Source of the DNA: a bacterium | GTDB taxonomy: Bacteria; Sysuimicrobiota; Sysuimicrobiia; Sysuimicrobiales; Kaftiobacteriaceae | Assembly: GCA_036505015.1 (NCBI GenBank) | Contig: DASXUC010000026.1 | Span: 4,229-68,228, forward strand | Direction of reading: 5' to 3' | Length of the DNA: 64,000 nucleotides | In this document: piece by piece, positions 8,769-17,881 of the stretch | How positions within the stretch are numbered: position 1 is the first letter of the stretch | How the letters are laid out: every line of letters starts with the position of its first letter | Notes under the pieces: model-generated | Told to the model about the DNA's origin: nothing | Database searches by the model: none | What the model saw: only the letters and a program-made list of their open reading frames with translations | Position numbers and translations under genes: made by a program

Positions 8769-9107
8769 ATGGCACACCAGATGACGATGACCAAACCCAC
8801 GGGTCCCGCCGCGGCCGCCCTCATCGCGGCAGGCCTCGGGACGTTCACGATCGGCTTGATGACCACACTGGCGGAGGCATCGGCGGGATTCAGAAGCTCA
8901 TTGAACTTCTACAACCCGTCGGGGCCCCTTTCAGGCAAGACCGGCGTGGCCGTAGTGGTGTGGCTGATCTCGTGGTTCGTGCTGCACAGCATGTGGAAAA
9001 CCAGAAACCCGGAAATTGGACGCATCCTCACCTGGACGCTCGTGTTCATCGGACTGGGCTTCCTGCTCACATTTCCGCCGATCTTTGAAGCGTTCGCGGC
9101 CGAATAA
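8769..9107 (+). CDS. Hypothetical small 3-TM membrane protein
   Basis: 112 aa with a GAGGAGG RBS upstream. No family recognised. Confidence 0.55.
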   Translation: MAHQMTMTKPTGPAAAALIAAGLGTFTIGLMTTLAEASAGFRSSLNFYNPSGPLSGKTGVAVVVWLISWFVLHSMWKTRNPEIGRILTWTLVFIGLGFLLTFPPIFEAFAAE

Positions 9108-9122
9108 TCGCAGTTCGCACCA

Positions 9123-9157
9123 ATGGGGCCGGGCGATCTGCTCGGCCCCATTTCTTC
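9123..9157 (+). terminator. Putative intrinsic terminator after ORF 8769-9107, upstream of coxII
   Basis: 9-bp stem ATGGGGCCG / CGGCCCCAT, followed by TTTCTTC. Confidence 0.6.
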
Positions 9158-9211
9158 GTCGTCGCATCTCGCGCAGGAGTCCCCAGGGTACGGGGGAAAT
9201 ACGAACACTGT

Positions 9212-10042
9212 ATGGCCGACATCCCCCCGCCGTCTGAATCGCAGCAACTGGGCAGGCGTCTGGGTCTTGTCATTCTCCTGATGGTCCTCGTCGGCGGGGT
9301 CGGCTCGTTCCTGTGGGCCATGCGGCACTTGTGGCTGCCGCCCGTGGCATCGCAGCAGGGCATCGACGTCGATCGTCTGTTCACGATCACCCTCATCGTC
9401 ACCGGGGCAGCATTCATCCTCGTGCATCTCTTCCTGGGTATCTTCGCCTGGCGGTATGCCGACCGGGGGCAAAAAGAACGCGCGTACTACTGGCACGATA
9501 ACCGCACGCTCGAGCTGACGTGGACGCTGGTGCCGGCGGCCGTGCTGGTGACGCTGATTTCGATGGGCGCCGTCGTCTGGCTGCGCGTGCACAGCGCTCC
9601 GCCAGCGGATGTGATGGTCGTGGATGTGCACGCCCAGCAGTTCGGGTGGATGTTCCGCTACCCCGGTCCGGATGGAAAGTTCGGGCGCAACGAAGGCATC
9701 CGGATGACACCGGGCAACCCGCTGGGCATCGATCCGGCGGATCCCGCGGGCGCCGACGACATCGTCGCCCGGGAACTGCACTTGATCCTTGGGCAGCCTG
9801 TACAGGTGCGGCTGTCATCGACCGATGTGCTGCACAGTTTCTTTCTGCCGAACTTCCGCGTGAAGCAGGACGTCGTGCCCGGCATGTACACGACGGCGTG
9901 GTTTGTGCCGACGGCATCCGGCAAGTTCGAGATTGCCTGCGCGGAGCTGTGCGGAGTCGGCCACTACATCATGCGCAGTCAGGTGGTCGTCGAGCCGACG
10001 CGAGCGGCGTTTGACGCGTGGCTGGCAAAACAGAAGAAGTGA
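9212..10042 (+). CDS. ctaC: Cytochrome c oxidase subunit II (CuA, no fused cytochrome c)
   Basis: Two N-terminal TM helices. Canonical CuA motif H-x34-C-x3-C-x3-H-x2-M (HSFF...CAELCGVGHYIM). Confidence 0.9.
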   Translation: MADIPPPSESQQLGRRLGLVILLMVLVGGVGSFLWAMRHLWLPPVASQQGIDVDRLFTITLIVTGAAFILVHLFLGIFAWRYADRGQKERAYYWHDNRTLELTWTLVPAAVLVTLISMGAVVWLRVHSAPPADVMVVDVHAQQFGWMFRYPGPDGKFGRNEGIRMTPGNPLGIDPADPAGADDIVARELHLILGQPVQVRLSSTDVLHSFFLPNFRVKQDVVPGMYTTAWFVPTASGKFEIACAELCGVGHYIMRSQVVVEPTRAAFDAWLAKQKK

Positions 10043-10066
10043 ATCGCGACTCGTGAATCGTGAATC
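10039..10066. repeat. Tandem heptads GTGAATC x4 (one degenerate) in the coxII-coxI gap
   Basis: GTGAATC GCGACTC GTGAATC GTGAATC. The first unit contains the coxII stop codon. Confidence 0.85.
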
Positions 10067-10100
10067 GAACTACGGTTGACCTCATGAGGGGTGCACTAGC

Positions 10101-11933
10101 ATGGCGGTGACGCACGAAGCGGCGCACGGGGAGCACGAGCACCGGCTGAGCTTCTGGAAGAAGTACGTCTTCAGCCAGGACCACAAGATCATCGGGATGC
10201 AGTACTTGATGACGTCGTTCTTCATGGCGCTGGTCGGCGGCTTCCTGGCGATGCTGATCCGGATGCAGTTGGGCTTCCCGGCGCTGAAGTTCTACTGGGC
10301 GCAGTTTCTGTTCCCCGGCGGGTTCTCGGGCGACCAGATGAAGCCGGACTTCTACCTCGCCGTCGTCACCATGCACGGCACGATCATGATCTTCTTCGTG
10401 CTCACCACGGCGTTGTCCGGCGGCTTCGGCAACCTGTTGATCCCGCTGCAGATCGGCGCGCGCGACATGGCCTTCCCGTGGCTGAACATGGTGTCGTACT
10501 GGCTGTACCCGCCGGCGATCCTCATCCTGCTCGCCTCGTTCTTCGTCACCGGAGGCGCAGCCAGCGCGGGGTGGACGTCGTATCCGCCGTTATCGGCGCT
10601 GCGCAACGCCGTGCCGGGATCCTACCTGGGGCAAACGCTGTGGCTACTCAGCCTGGCGCTGCTCATTTTGGCGTTCCTGTTCGGGTCACTGAACTACATC
10701 ACGACGGTGCTGCAGCTGCGCACGCGCGGGATGTCGATGAGCCGGCTGCCCCTGCTGACCTGGGCGCAGTTCATCACCGCCATCTTGATGCTGCTGTCGT
10801 TCCCCGTGCTGCTGGCGGCGGCGATCATGATGCTGTTCGACCGCCACCTGGGAACCAGTTTCTTCGTCCCCGGCGGTCTGGTCGTCAACGGCGTGCCGGT
10901 CTCCCACAAAGGCGGCGATCCAATCCTCTGGCAGCACCTGTTCTGGTTTCTCGGCCACCCCGAAGTGTATGTGCTGATCCTGCCGCCGATGGGCATCGTC
11001 TCCGAGGTCCTGTCGACGAACGGGCGGAAGCCGATTTTCGGCTACTTCTTCATGGTCGGCAGCCTGGCCTCAATCGCATTCCTCAGTTTCCTGGTGTGGG
11101 GACATCACATGTTCACCAGCGGTATGGATCCGCTGCTGGGCACGGCGTTCATGACCACGACCCTGCTGATCGCGGTCCCGTCGGCCATTAAGACGTTCAA
11201 CTGGCTGGCCACGCTGTGGCGGGCCAAGATCCGCTATACGTCGGCGACCCTGTTTGCGGTGGGCTTCATCTCCCTGTTCGTCACCGGCGGGCTCACCGGC
11301 ATCTTCCTGGCGTCGCCGGCGATCGACATCCACTTTCAGGACACGTTTTTCGTCGTCGCCCACTTCCACTTCGTGATGGCCAGCGCGGCCCTGTTCGGCC
11401 TGTTCGCGGGGACGTATCACTGGTTCCCCAAGATGTTCGGACGCCTGATGAACGAGCGGCTCGGCAGGATCCACTTCTGGCTGACATTTGTAGGAGTGTA
11501 CGCCACGTTCTTCCCGATGCACTTCGCGGGCACTGCGGGGATGATGCGGCGGATCTTCTCCACGCAGATGTACCAGTTTCTCCAGCCCGTCTCCGGGTTG
11601 AACGCGTTCGTCTCGATCGCGGGATTTGTGCTCGGGACGGCGCAGCTGATCTTCGCCTACAACTTCATCTACAGCGCCTTCCGCGGGGCCAAGGCCGGCG
11701 CGAATCCCTGGGAGGCGAACACCCTGGAGTGGCAGGCCCCCTCCCCGCCCCCGCACGGCAACTGGGGAGCGACCCTCCCGGTCGTCTACCGCTGGCCGTA
11801 CGACTACAGCGTTCCGGATGCCGAGGAGGACTATCTCCCGCAAACCGTTCCCCAGCGGGCGGCATCGACGGTGCAGGGAGCACCCGAAGAGGCGCCATCG
11901 CTGCACGCAAAACCGCGGGGTGAAGAAGCGTAA
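10101..11933 (+). CDS. ctaD: Cytochrome c oxidase subunit I (heme-copper oxidase, A-type)
   Basis: 610 aa. Contains WFLGHPEVYVLILP, HHMFTSG and VVAHFHFVM motifs. Confidence 0.95.
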   Translation: MAVTHEAAHGEHEHRLSFWKKYVFSQDHKIIGMQYLMTSFFMALVGGFLAMLIRMQLGFPALKFYWAQFLFPGGFSGDQMKPDFYLAVVTMHGTIMIFFVLTTALSGGFGNLLIPLQIGARDMAFPWLNMVSYWLYPPAILILLASFFVTGGAASAGWTSYPPLSALRNAVPGSYLGQTLWLLSLALLILAFLFGSLNYITTVLQLRTRGMSMSRLPLLTWAQFITAILMLLSFPVLLAAAIMMLFDRHLGTSFFVPGGLVVNGVPVSHKGGDPILWQHLFWFLGHPEVYVLILPPMGIVSEVLSTNGRKPIFGYFFMVGSLASIAFLSFLVWGHHMFTSGMDPLLGTAFMTTTLLIAVPSAIKTFNWLATLWRAKIRYTSATLFAVGFISLFVTGGLTGIFLASPAIDIHFQDTFFVVAHFHFVMASAALFGLFAGTYHWFPKMFGRLMNERLGRIHFWLTFVGVYATFFPMHFAGTAGMMRRIFSTQMYQFLQPVSGLNAFVSIAGFVLGTAQLIFAYNFIYSAFRGAKAGANPWEANTLEWQAPSPPPHGNWGATLPVVYRWPYDYSVPDAEEDYLPQTVPQRAASTVQGAPEEAPSLHAKPRGEEA

Positions 11934-12577
11934 TGGCCGCGCGCGCCTCGACACTTCAGGAACGGCCGGCGCCCCCGCACGGTCCCAGGGGACCATCCGG
12001 CGAGGGCGGCGGCTCCGGTCGCGATGGCGACGGGGTCGTGCAGCCGGTCAGCCCGGCAAGGATCGCCGTCTGGCTGTTCGTGGGCACGGTCACCGTGCTG
12101 TTCGCGGCGTTTACCAGTACGTACCTCGCCAGGCGCGGAGGACCGGGGTGGACGGATGTGCCGCTGCCGTCCATCCTCTGGTTGAGCACGGCGATCCTCG
12201 CGATCAGCAGCGGCGTCCTGGAATGGGCGCGCCGGGCGGGCCGGGCAGGCGACGTCGGCGGGCTGCGCAGGGGAGTAACCCTCACCACCATCCTGGGAAT
12301 CGGGTTCCTGGCGGCGCAGCTCGCCGCCTGGCGGCAGCTGGTCGCTGCGGGGCTGTATCTGAGCTCGAATGCGCACAGTTCCTTCTTCTATCTGCTCACC
12401 GGCGCGCATGGGCTGCATCTCGTCGGGGGTATCGCCGCCTTGCTGTACACGGTGCGGAAGGTCTATCGCGCCCACGAGCCCGGCGAAGCCCTGGCGGTGA
12501 CCGATCCCACCGCAACGTTCTGGCACTTCCTTGGAATCCTGTGGGTCTATCTGTTTATCTTGTTGTTCTGGATCTGA
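11933..12577 (+). CDS. Cytochrome c oxidase subunit III-like protein (paralog 1)
   Basis: COX3-type helices (FFYLLTGAHGLHLVGG...FWHFLGILWVYLF). TAATG overlap with ctaD. Confidence 0.8.
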   Translation: MAARASTLQERPAPPHGPRGPSGEGGGSGRDGDGVVQPVSPARIAVWLFVGTVTVLFAAFTSTYLARRGGPGWTDVPLPSILWLSTAILAISSGVLEWARRAGRAGDVGGLRRGVTLTTILGIGFLAAQLAAWRQLVAAGLYLSSNAHSSFFYLLTGAHGLHLVGGIAALLYTVRKVYRAHEPGEALAVTDPTATFWHFLGILWVYLFILLFWI

Positions 12578-12584
12578 GATTGGG

Positions 12585-13241
12585 GTGTCGGTGGTGGCCG
12601 TAGAGCACGAAGCGCCAGGCATGGAGCACCACGCGGCCGACCAGGCCCGCGTCCTGGCGTCCCCATGGGGAGGCGGCAAATCCCCGTTCGCCGTCGGCTG
12701 GCCGAAGCTGATGATGTGGCTGTTCCTGGTCTCCGACACGTTAACGTTCGCGGGACTACTCAGCGGCTACGGCGTGATGCGGCTGTCGCTGGGCACGTGG
12801 CCGCATCAGTCGGAGATCTTCAACATCTGGCTGGTCGGCACGATGACCTTCATCCTGATCTGCAGCAGTGCGACCATGGCCGTGGCGGTGGCCGCGGCGC
12901 GATTGGGCGACAATCGCACGGTGCTGCGCTTCCTCATGCTTACCGTCCTGGGCGGCCTGTTCTTCCTCGGCGCCCAGGCCTATGAGTGGACGCATTTCAT
13001 CCGCGAAGGGGCCCGGCTGTTTGGGAACCCATGGGGCGTGCCCCAGTTCAGCGCGACGTTTTTCATCATCACCGGGTTCCACGGCGGGCACGTGACCGGC
13101 GGGGTGATCTATCTGGCCATCACCGCGCTGCGCTGGACCCGCCGCCGGATCAAACCCGAGAGCATCGAGATCGCCGGACTGTACTGGCACTTTGTGGACC
13201 TGGTATGGGTGTTCATTTTCACGCTGCTCTACTTGATTTAG
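12585..13241 (+). CDS. ctaE: Cytochrome c oxidase subunit III (paralog 2)
   Basis: COX3 motifs (FFIITGFHGGHVTGG...LYWHFVDLVWVFIF). The start is uncertain (GTG at 12585 or ATG at 12621). The track ORF starting at 12531 overlaps the previous gene. Confidence 0.8.
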   Translation: MSVVAVEHEAPGMEHHAADQARVLASPWGGGKSPFAVGWPKLMMWLFLVSDTLTFAGLLSGYGVMRLSLGTWPHQSEIFNIWLVGTMTFILICSSATMAVAVAAARLGDNRTVLRFLMLTVLGGLFFLGAQAYEWTHFIREGARLFGNPWGVPQFSATFFIITGFHGGHVTGGVIYLAITALRWTRRRIKPESIEIAGLYWHFVDLVWVFIFTLLYLI

Positions 13242-13259
13242 CCGAGCAAGCGAGGAAGC

Positions 13260-13595
13260 ATGGAAGCGAGGAAGCATTCGGTGGAAGAACGCGGTGAAGG
13301 GCCGGAGCAGCACCAGCAGGGTGGGTACCGGATTTACGTCGTGGTGTGGTTCTGGCTGCTCGTGTTTACGTTGATCGAAATCGGGATCGTCGTCTTGGGG
13401 GTCCCGAAGTGGGCGCTGGTCAGCGGGCTATTGGTGCTGGCGATGATGAAGGCCGCCCTCATTGTTGCGTACTTCATGCACCTGCGATATGAGCGTCTGA
13501 GCATGATCTACACGGTCGTGACCCCGCTGCTGCTGGGGTTCGTCTTGTTCGCGGCCCTGGGGCCCGACGCCGTCCACGTCTTCCTCTCACGCTGA
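13260..13595 (+). CDS. Prokaryotic cytochrome c oxidase subunit IV-like small membrane protein
   Basis: 111 aa, 3 TM, with AYFMHLRYE typical of the bacterial subunit IV family. Last gene of the cox operon. Confidence 0.7.
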   Translation: MEARKHSVEERGEGPEQHQQGGYRIYVVVWFWLLVFTLIEIGIVVLGVPKWALVSGLLVLAMMKAALIVAYFMHLRYERLSMIYTVVTPLLLGFVLFAALGPDAVHVFLSR

Positions 13596-13596
13596 G

Positions 13597-14151
13597 CTAA
13601 GGGTACCACTTCTTCAGCCACCCGCGCAGCATCACCGACTCCTGCGTTTCGATCTTCACGATGCCTGCCGCGAATGCCCGGAGATCGGGTCGAAACGCTT
13701 TCTGCGCCGCCAGCGCCGCAAGGTGCATGCTGGACTCGAGGTGCGCAGCCATCATCGGCAGGTAGGCGCGCTCCAGCGCGGCGTCTTTCAACGAGCGCAT
13801 CTTCTTCACCGGCGCCGACGCAACGCCGACGTTCCGCTTGCCCGGCGCGACCCCGGCCTCTTTGAGCCACGCCAGCATCCGGCGGACCTGGTCGGTCTTG
13901 CGCTCGATCAGCTTCTGGTTCCACTTCAGCAGCTCGGTGTGGTCCGCGTTCAGCGTTGCCGCGGAGGCGATCTCCACGGCCTCCTCGTCGACCGGGATCA
14001 GCGCCCGCATGAAGGCGGTGTCGAACGCCGGGCCGCTGAGTTTTGACAGCGCGGCAACCGTCGGATCGGGCGGAGGCGCCACCGGTCCCGCGGCCAGCGC
14101 GGTCGTCGCCAACAGACTGACCACCAATAGCACGGCCCACACACCCCGCAT
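13597..14151 (-). CDS. Secreted DUF305-like (ferritin-like four-helix) protein
   Basis: Signal peptide. Two repeats (FDTAFMRALIP...; ERAYLPMMAAHLESSMHLA...) and a C-terminal ESVMLRGWLKKW resembling the DUF305 end motif. The usual HH pair is not present. Confidence 0.55.
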   Translation of the reverse strand: MRGVWAVLLVVSLLATTALAAGPVAPPPDPTVAALSKLSGPAFDTAFMRALIPVDEEAVEIASAATLNADHTELLKWNQKLIERKTDQVRRMLAWLKEAGVAPGKRNVGVASAPVKKMRSLKDAALERAYLPMMAAHLESSMHLAALAAQKAFRPDLRAFAAGIVKIETQESVMLRGWLKKWYP

Positions 14152-14293
14152 TGTTCACCTCGTGGTCCTGCGAGTCGAAAGGCTGCGAACCGGGCGACGC
14201 ACCCTGATTATGCCCACGGCCTCAAGATCCCAGACAACCGGGGTTGCCGTGGGTAAAACCAGTTAGATCGCAGGACGAAAGGGAGGAATCACG

Positions 14294-14626
14294 ATGAGGT
14301 TCTCCACGCTGATTGCAGTCCTTGTCCTGCTTACCGCGGGACTCTTTGCCTATCAGAATCAGACCTTGCTCTACCAGGAGCAGGCGGTCCTCGTCCCGGG
14401 TGGCACGATGTCGGTTCCGCTCGTGGGGATCCTGCTGCTGGCGGGGGTGGGGGCGACGATTTTGCTCTGGCTCGCCGACATGGTGGCCACGTCTGCGGCT
14501 GCGGCCGGCCGCCGCAGACTGGAGAATCGTCTGGCGCAGCGCGAGCGGGAACTGGCGGAGCTCAACAGCGGCACCCACGTCGCCCCGGCGACCTCCGCAC
14601 CACCCCGGGAACCCGTAGGGCGCTGA
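14294..14626 (+). CDS. LapA-domain-like small membrane protein
   Basis: Two TM helices followed by a charged coiled tail (RRRLENRLAQRERELAELN). Confidence 0.5.
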   Translation: MRFSTLIAVLVLLTAGLFAYQNQTLLYQEQAVLVPGGTMSVPLVGILLLAGVGATILLWLADMVATSAAAAGRRRLENRLAQRERELAELNSGTHVAPATSAPPREPVGR

Positions 14627-14627
14627 T

Positions 14628-15266
14628 CTAGAACCGCGCGGCCGCCGGTGTCCGGCGGTCCACGATGTAGAAGATAATCAGGACCACCGGCCACATCACA
14701 AACGCGGCGGGTGTGTAGACCACCGCGACGGGGATCGACGCCAGGAAGACGATCCCGACGGAGAACAGCCGCACCTGCAGATGCCGTATCACCCGCGGAT
14801 CCGTGGTTGCACGGATCAGTTTCTCGCGCGCGGCGAAGCTCCACATCTCCAAACAGGTCAGGGCCGCGGCGGCCTGTGCGGCGGCGAACAGGATGACCGC
14901 TGGAGCGGATCCCGGATAGTCGCCCACCGTGACAATCGGAAACGGCAGAAACGCCACACACAGCAGCACGATCAGATTCCAGACCAGCAGGCCGTGATTC
15001 AGCCGATCGATGTACCGGAACATGCGGTGATGGGTGATCCAGAAGAACGACAGGATCCAAAAGCCGAACGCGAAGCTCAGGAAGTCAGGCAGTTGCTCGT
15101 AGAGGCGTTGAGGGACTTCTTCCAGAGTCATACCGTGAGGCAGATCGAAGCCCAGGACGATTAGCGTAATGGCAATCGCAAACACCGCGTCGCTGAACAG
15201 GTAGACCCGACCCAGCGCAGGCCCGAGCTCCGTTTCCTCGCCGTGTTGCCCTCCGGGGTGGTCCAT
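14628..15266 (-). CDS. TMEM175-family (DUF1211) potassium-channel-like protein, paralog 2
   Basis: 6-TM protein with the TM1 signature RVYLFSDAVFAIAITLIVL. Confidence 0.8.
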   Translation of the reverse strand: MDHPGGQHGEETELGPALGRVYLFSDAVFAIAITLIVLGFDLPHGMTLEEVPQRLYEQLPDFLSFAFGFWILSFFWITHHRMFRYIDRLNHGLLVWNLIVLLCVAFLPFPIVTVGDYPGSAPAVILFAAAQAAAALTCLEMWSFAAREKLIRATTDPRVIRHLQVRLFSVGIVFLASIPVAVVYTPAAFVMWPVVLIIFYIVDRRTPAAARF

Positions 15267-15919
15267 TACCTCACACCCGCGCTGGCGAACCGGCGCCGCA
15301 GGCGCCCCTGGATCACCGCGATCAGAAACAGGGCGAGGTAGGCCGCCGGCACGCTAACGAATGCGATGAACGCCGAGAGCACAAAAACAGACGGGGCGGA
15401 CAGCGCCCGCCACGTGAAGTGGTTGATCACGTCCTCGGGCGTATCCGCGCCGATCAGCCGGCGGCGCGCCGCGTACGCCCACACCCCGGCGGAGGCAAAC
15501 CCCACCAGGGCCATCGATCCGGCATAGAAAGCCTCGGCGGCGGGAAGGTCGCCATACCGGCCCAGCAGCTCCACCGGATACGGCAGGAAGCCCACCGCGA
15601 ACAGCATGAGAAAGTTCAGACCCAGCAGGGTTCCGTCGTACCGCTCGATGTACTGAAACATGCGATGATGCGCCATCCAGTAGATGGCGACCATCCAGAA
15701 ACTGAACGCGTACGACGCAAACCGCGGCGCCTGCGCCACCAGCGCCGGGACCAGCTCGCTGCCGGCAAGACGTGCGGGAATGTCGGGAACATCGAGGCTC
15801 ACGACCAGCAGCGTGATGGCAAACGCGAAGATGCCGTCGCTGAAGGCCACGACCCGGTCCATGGCCTTTCCCGAGCCTGGAGCGTCTCGCTCCAGCTTCT
15901 GATCGGGAGGCGCCGTCAT
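15266..15919 (-). CDS. TMEM175-family (DUF1211) potassium-channel-like protein, paralog 1
   Basis: 6-TM protein with the TM1 signature RVVAFSDGIFAFAITLLVV. Its stop overlaps the start of the downstream paralog (TAATG). Confidence 0.8.
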   Translation of the reverse strand: MTAPPDQKLERDAPGSGKAMDRVVAFSDGIFAFAITLLVVSLDVPDIPARLAGSELVPALVAQAPRFASYAFSFWMVAIYWMAHHRMFQYIERYDGTLLGLNFLMLFAVGFLPYPVELLGRYGDLPAAEAFYAGSMALVGFASAGVWAYAARRRLIGADTPEDVINHFTWRALSAPSVFVLSAFIAFVSVPAAYLALFLIAVIQGRLRRRFASAGVR

Positions 15920-15964
15920 ACCGCCTGGTCCCGGCAGGGAGGCCCGCCTTCCAGACTGAACTCA

Positions 15965-16564
15965 ATGCTGGCGATGGACAACCTCACGAAGCTGCTCGTG
16001 GTCTTCTTCGGCGTGATAAACCCCCTGATGACGCTGGTCACGTTTCCATCCCTGACCCGCGGGATGAACCGCAGCACGCAGGCGGCCACCGCGGTGCTGG
16101 CGACGCTGGTCGCATTCGGCATCCTCGCGGTGTTCGCGATCGCAGGAGACGATGTCCTCCGATTCCTCGACGTCAGCCTGCCTTCGTTTCGCATCGCCGG
16201 CGGGCTTGTCCTGGGCCTGTCGGCGGTACACCTCATCCAGCACGGCGAGCCCACCCCGCCCTCGGGCGAAGGCGCGAAAACTCCGACGGACGTCCTGGTG
16301 CCGCTGGCGACGCCCCTGATTGCCGGCCCGGCAACGATCACGGCGGCCGTGGCCTATGCGCACCTGTACAACGATCTGGAAACGATCGTGGCCGGAGCCA
16401 TCATCCTGCTGCTGACGCTGGCGATCATGCTCGCCAGCGGGTGGCTGACCACCCGCATCCCCCGGTCGGCTCTGTCCGTCGCGGCCCGGTTGATGGGCCT
16501 GCTGCTGCTTGCGCTGGCGTTCGACCTCGCGGCGGACGGCATCAAGGCGCACTTCATGCCGTAA
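15965..16564 (+). CDS. MarC-family (UPF0056) integral membrane protein
   Basis: About 200 aa, 6 TM, N-terminal LLVVFFGVINPL motif. Start refined to the ATG at 15965; the upstream part of the track ORF is antisense to the TMEM175 gene. Confidence 0.8.
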   Translation: MLAMDNLTKLLVVFFGVINPLMTLVTFPSLTRGMNRSTQAATAVLATLVAFGILAVFAIAGDDVLRFLDVSLPSFRIAGGLVLGLSAVHLIQHGEPTPPSGEGAKTPTDVLVPLATPLIAGPATITAAVAYAHLYNDLETIVAGAIILLLTLAIMLASGWLTTRIPRSALSVAARLMGLLLLALAFDLAADGIKAHFMP

Positions 16565-16585
16565 CCCGATCCGCTTCGCGGCGAA

Positions 16586-17767
16586 TTACTGATCCGGCGG
16601 CAGCGGTTTGAGGACATTGATGAACGCCCATACGAAGTCCAGCGGGAGAAACTTCGCGCTGCCGTCCGCGTTGTAGTACCAGGACCGCACCGGCGGCCCG
16701 ACGTGTCCGGCGCGGGGATTGCGGGACCGGAACACGCTCAGCGTCTGTCCGGCCGCGTTGACGGTCGAGCGCCCGTGGCAGGTCATGCACGAGGCGGTGG
16801 GGACGAAGCCCTTCTCCAGCAGGGTATTTCCCAGCAGCGTGGGGGTGCCGGTCGCATCCGTGTACTGCGTCTGCGTGCCCTTCAACCGGTAGTTGAGCCA
16901 CTCGCTGCCCAGCCCCCTGCGGCGCATCAGCGCCACCAGCTCCGCGCTGAGTCGACCAGGCGGGTAGAGTCCGCCCGATGTGCCATTGGGGTTGACGCGC
17001 TGAGGCACCGCCCCGAACTGGTCGTGGCAGCCGATGAAGTCGCACCGGCCGATCACGTCCACATGCTCGAAGGTGGCCCAGAACCATAGCGGCAGATCCT
17101 TGGTCATGATGTGAAACGCGGCCAGCCCGTAGAGGAGGCCGTCGTCAGCGTAGTTCCAGTGGTACCGTGGTTTATCGCGGACGTTGATGGGAATCCAGAT
17201 CGCCTTCACCTCGATCGAGTCGATCGGGAAGTCGACCTCGAACGACCCGGCCTGGGCGCGCAGGAAAGCGTCGATCAGCCCGTCACGGTACCACAAGTTG
17301 TTGGAGACGATGTAGTCATACGTCGGCTTGTTGCGGTAGACCACTTCCTGCTCATCGGTCTCGATGCCCAGTGCTTCGAGCTTCTGGATGGGCTGGAGGT
17401 TGTCGCTGCGGTGCTTGAGGCCGGGCCAGACCGGACACTGTTTGGGATCCGGGCGCAGCCCGGTGCAGGCGGCCGGGTTCCCGTTCGGGGGAAACGTATC
17501 GTCGTCAGTGGCCCAGGTTTCCCAGATCGTATCGTTCGACCCGTTGTTCGCCGCCCGGCTGATCTCGATCATGGTCTTCCAAGCAAATACCGCGGGCTGG
17601 TTCGCCGCCGGATTGGTGTCCCGCTGCGTGCCCCAGGCCGTGAGTCCTGCCGCTGCTACCAACACGCCGATCACCAAGAGGATGATGCCTGATCTCCGCC
17701 CGCCCATCGCGTCCCCCTCGCCCAAGATCAAGGATTCGCCGTACGCAGTCCTCGGATTTTGCGACAA
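16586..17767 (-). CDS. Exported hypothetical protein with a single CxxCH heme-c-type motif
   Basis: 393 aa with an N-terminal TM/signal segment. Trp-rich body (WFWATFEH) and CMTCHGRS near the C-terminus. No family recognised. Confidence 0.6.
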   Translation of the reverse strand: MSQNPRTAYGESLILGEGDAMGGRRSGIILLVIGVLVAAAGLTAWGTQRDTNPAANQPAVFAWKTMIEISRAANNGSNDTIWETWATDDDTFPPNGNPAACTGLRPDPKQCPVWPGLKHRSDNLQPIQKLEALGIETDEQEVVYRNKPTYDYIVSNNLWYRDGLIDAFLRAQAGSFEVDFPIDSIEVKAIWIPINVRDKPRYHWNYADDGLLYGLAAFHIMTKDLPLWFWATFEHVDVIGRCDFIGCHDQFGAVPQRVNPNGTSGGLYPPGRLSAELVALMRRRGLGSEWLNYRLKGTQTQYTDATGTPTLLGNTLLEKGFVPTASCMTCHGRSTVNAAGQTLSVFRSRNPRAGHVGPPVRSWYYNADGSAKFLPLDFVWAFINVLKPLPPDQ

Positions 17768-17881
17768 CGGGTAAACGATTTCCTGCCGGATGGATCCAGC
17801 CGGTTTCAGGTCCTAGGGGACGCTCGATGGCTGCCGAAGTCTAGGTCCTTTGGGACCACGACGCGGAGAAGCGACGCGCGC

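Noticed and set aside
17770-17800. Possible att-like direct repeat of the tRNA-Thr 3' end at the far side of the low-GC methyltransferase.
   Set aside because: Only a 7-nt match (TCGGATT) is present, which is not significant.
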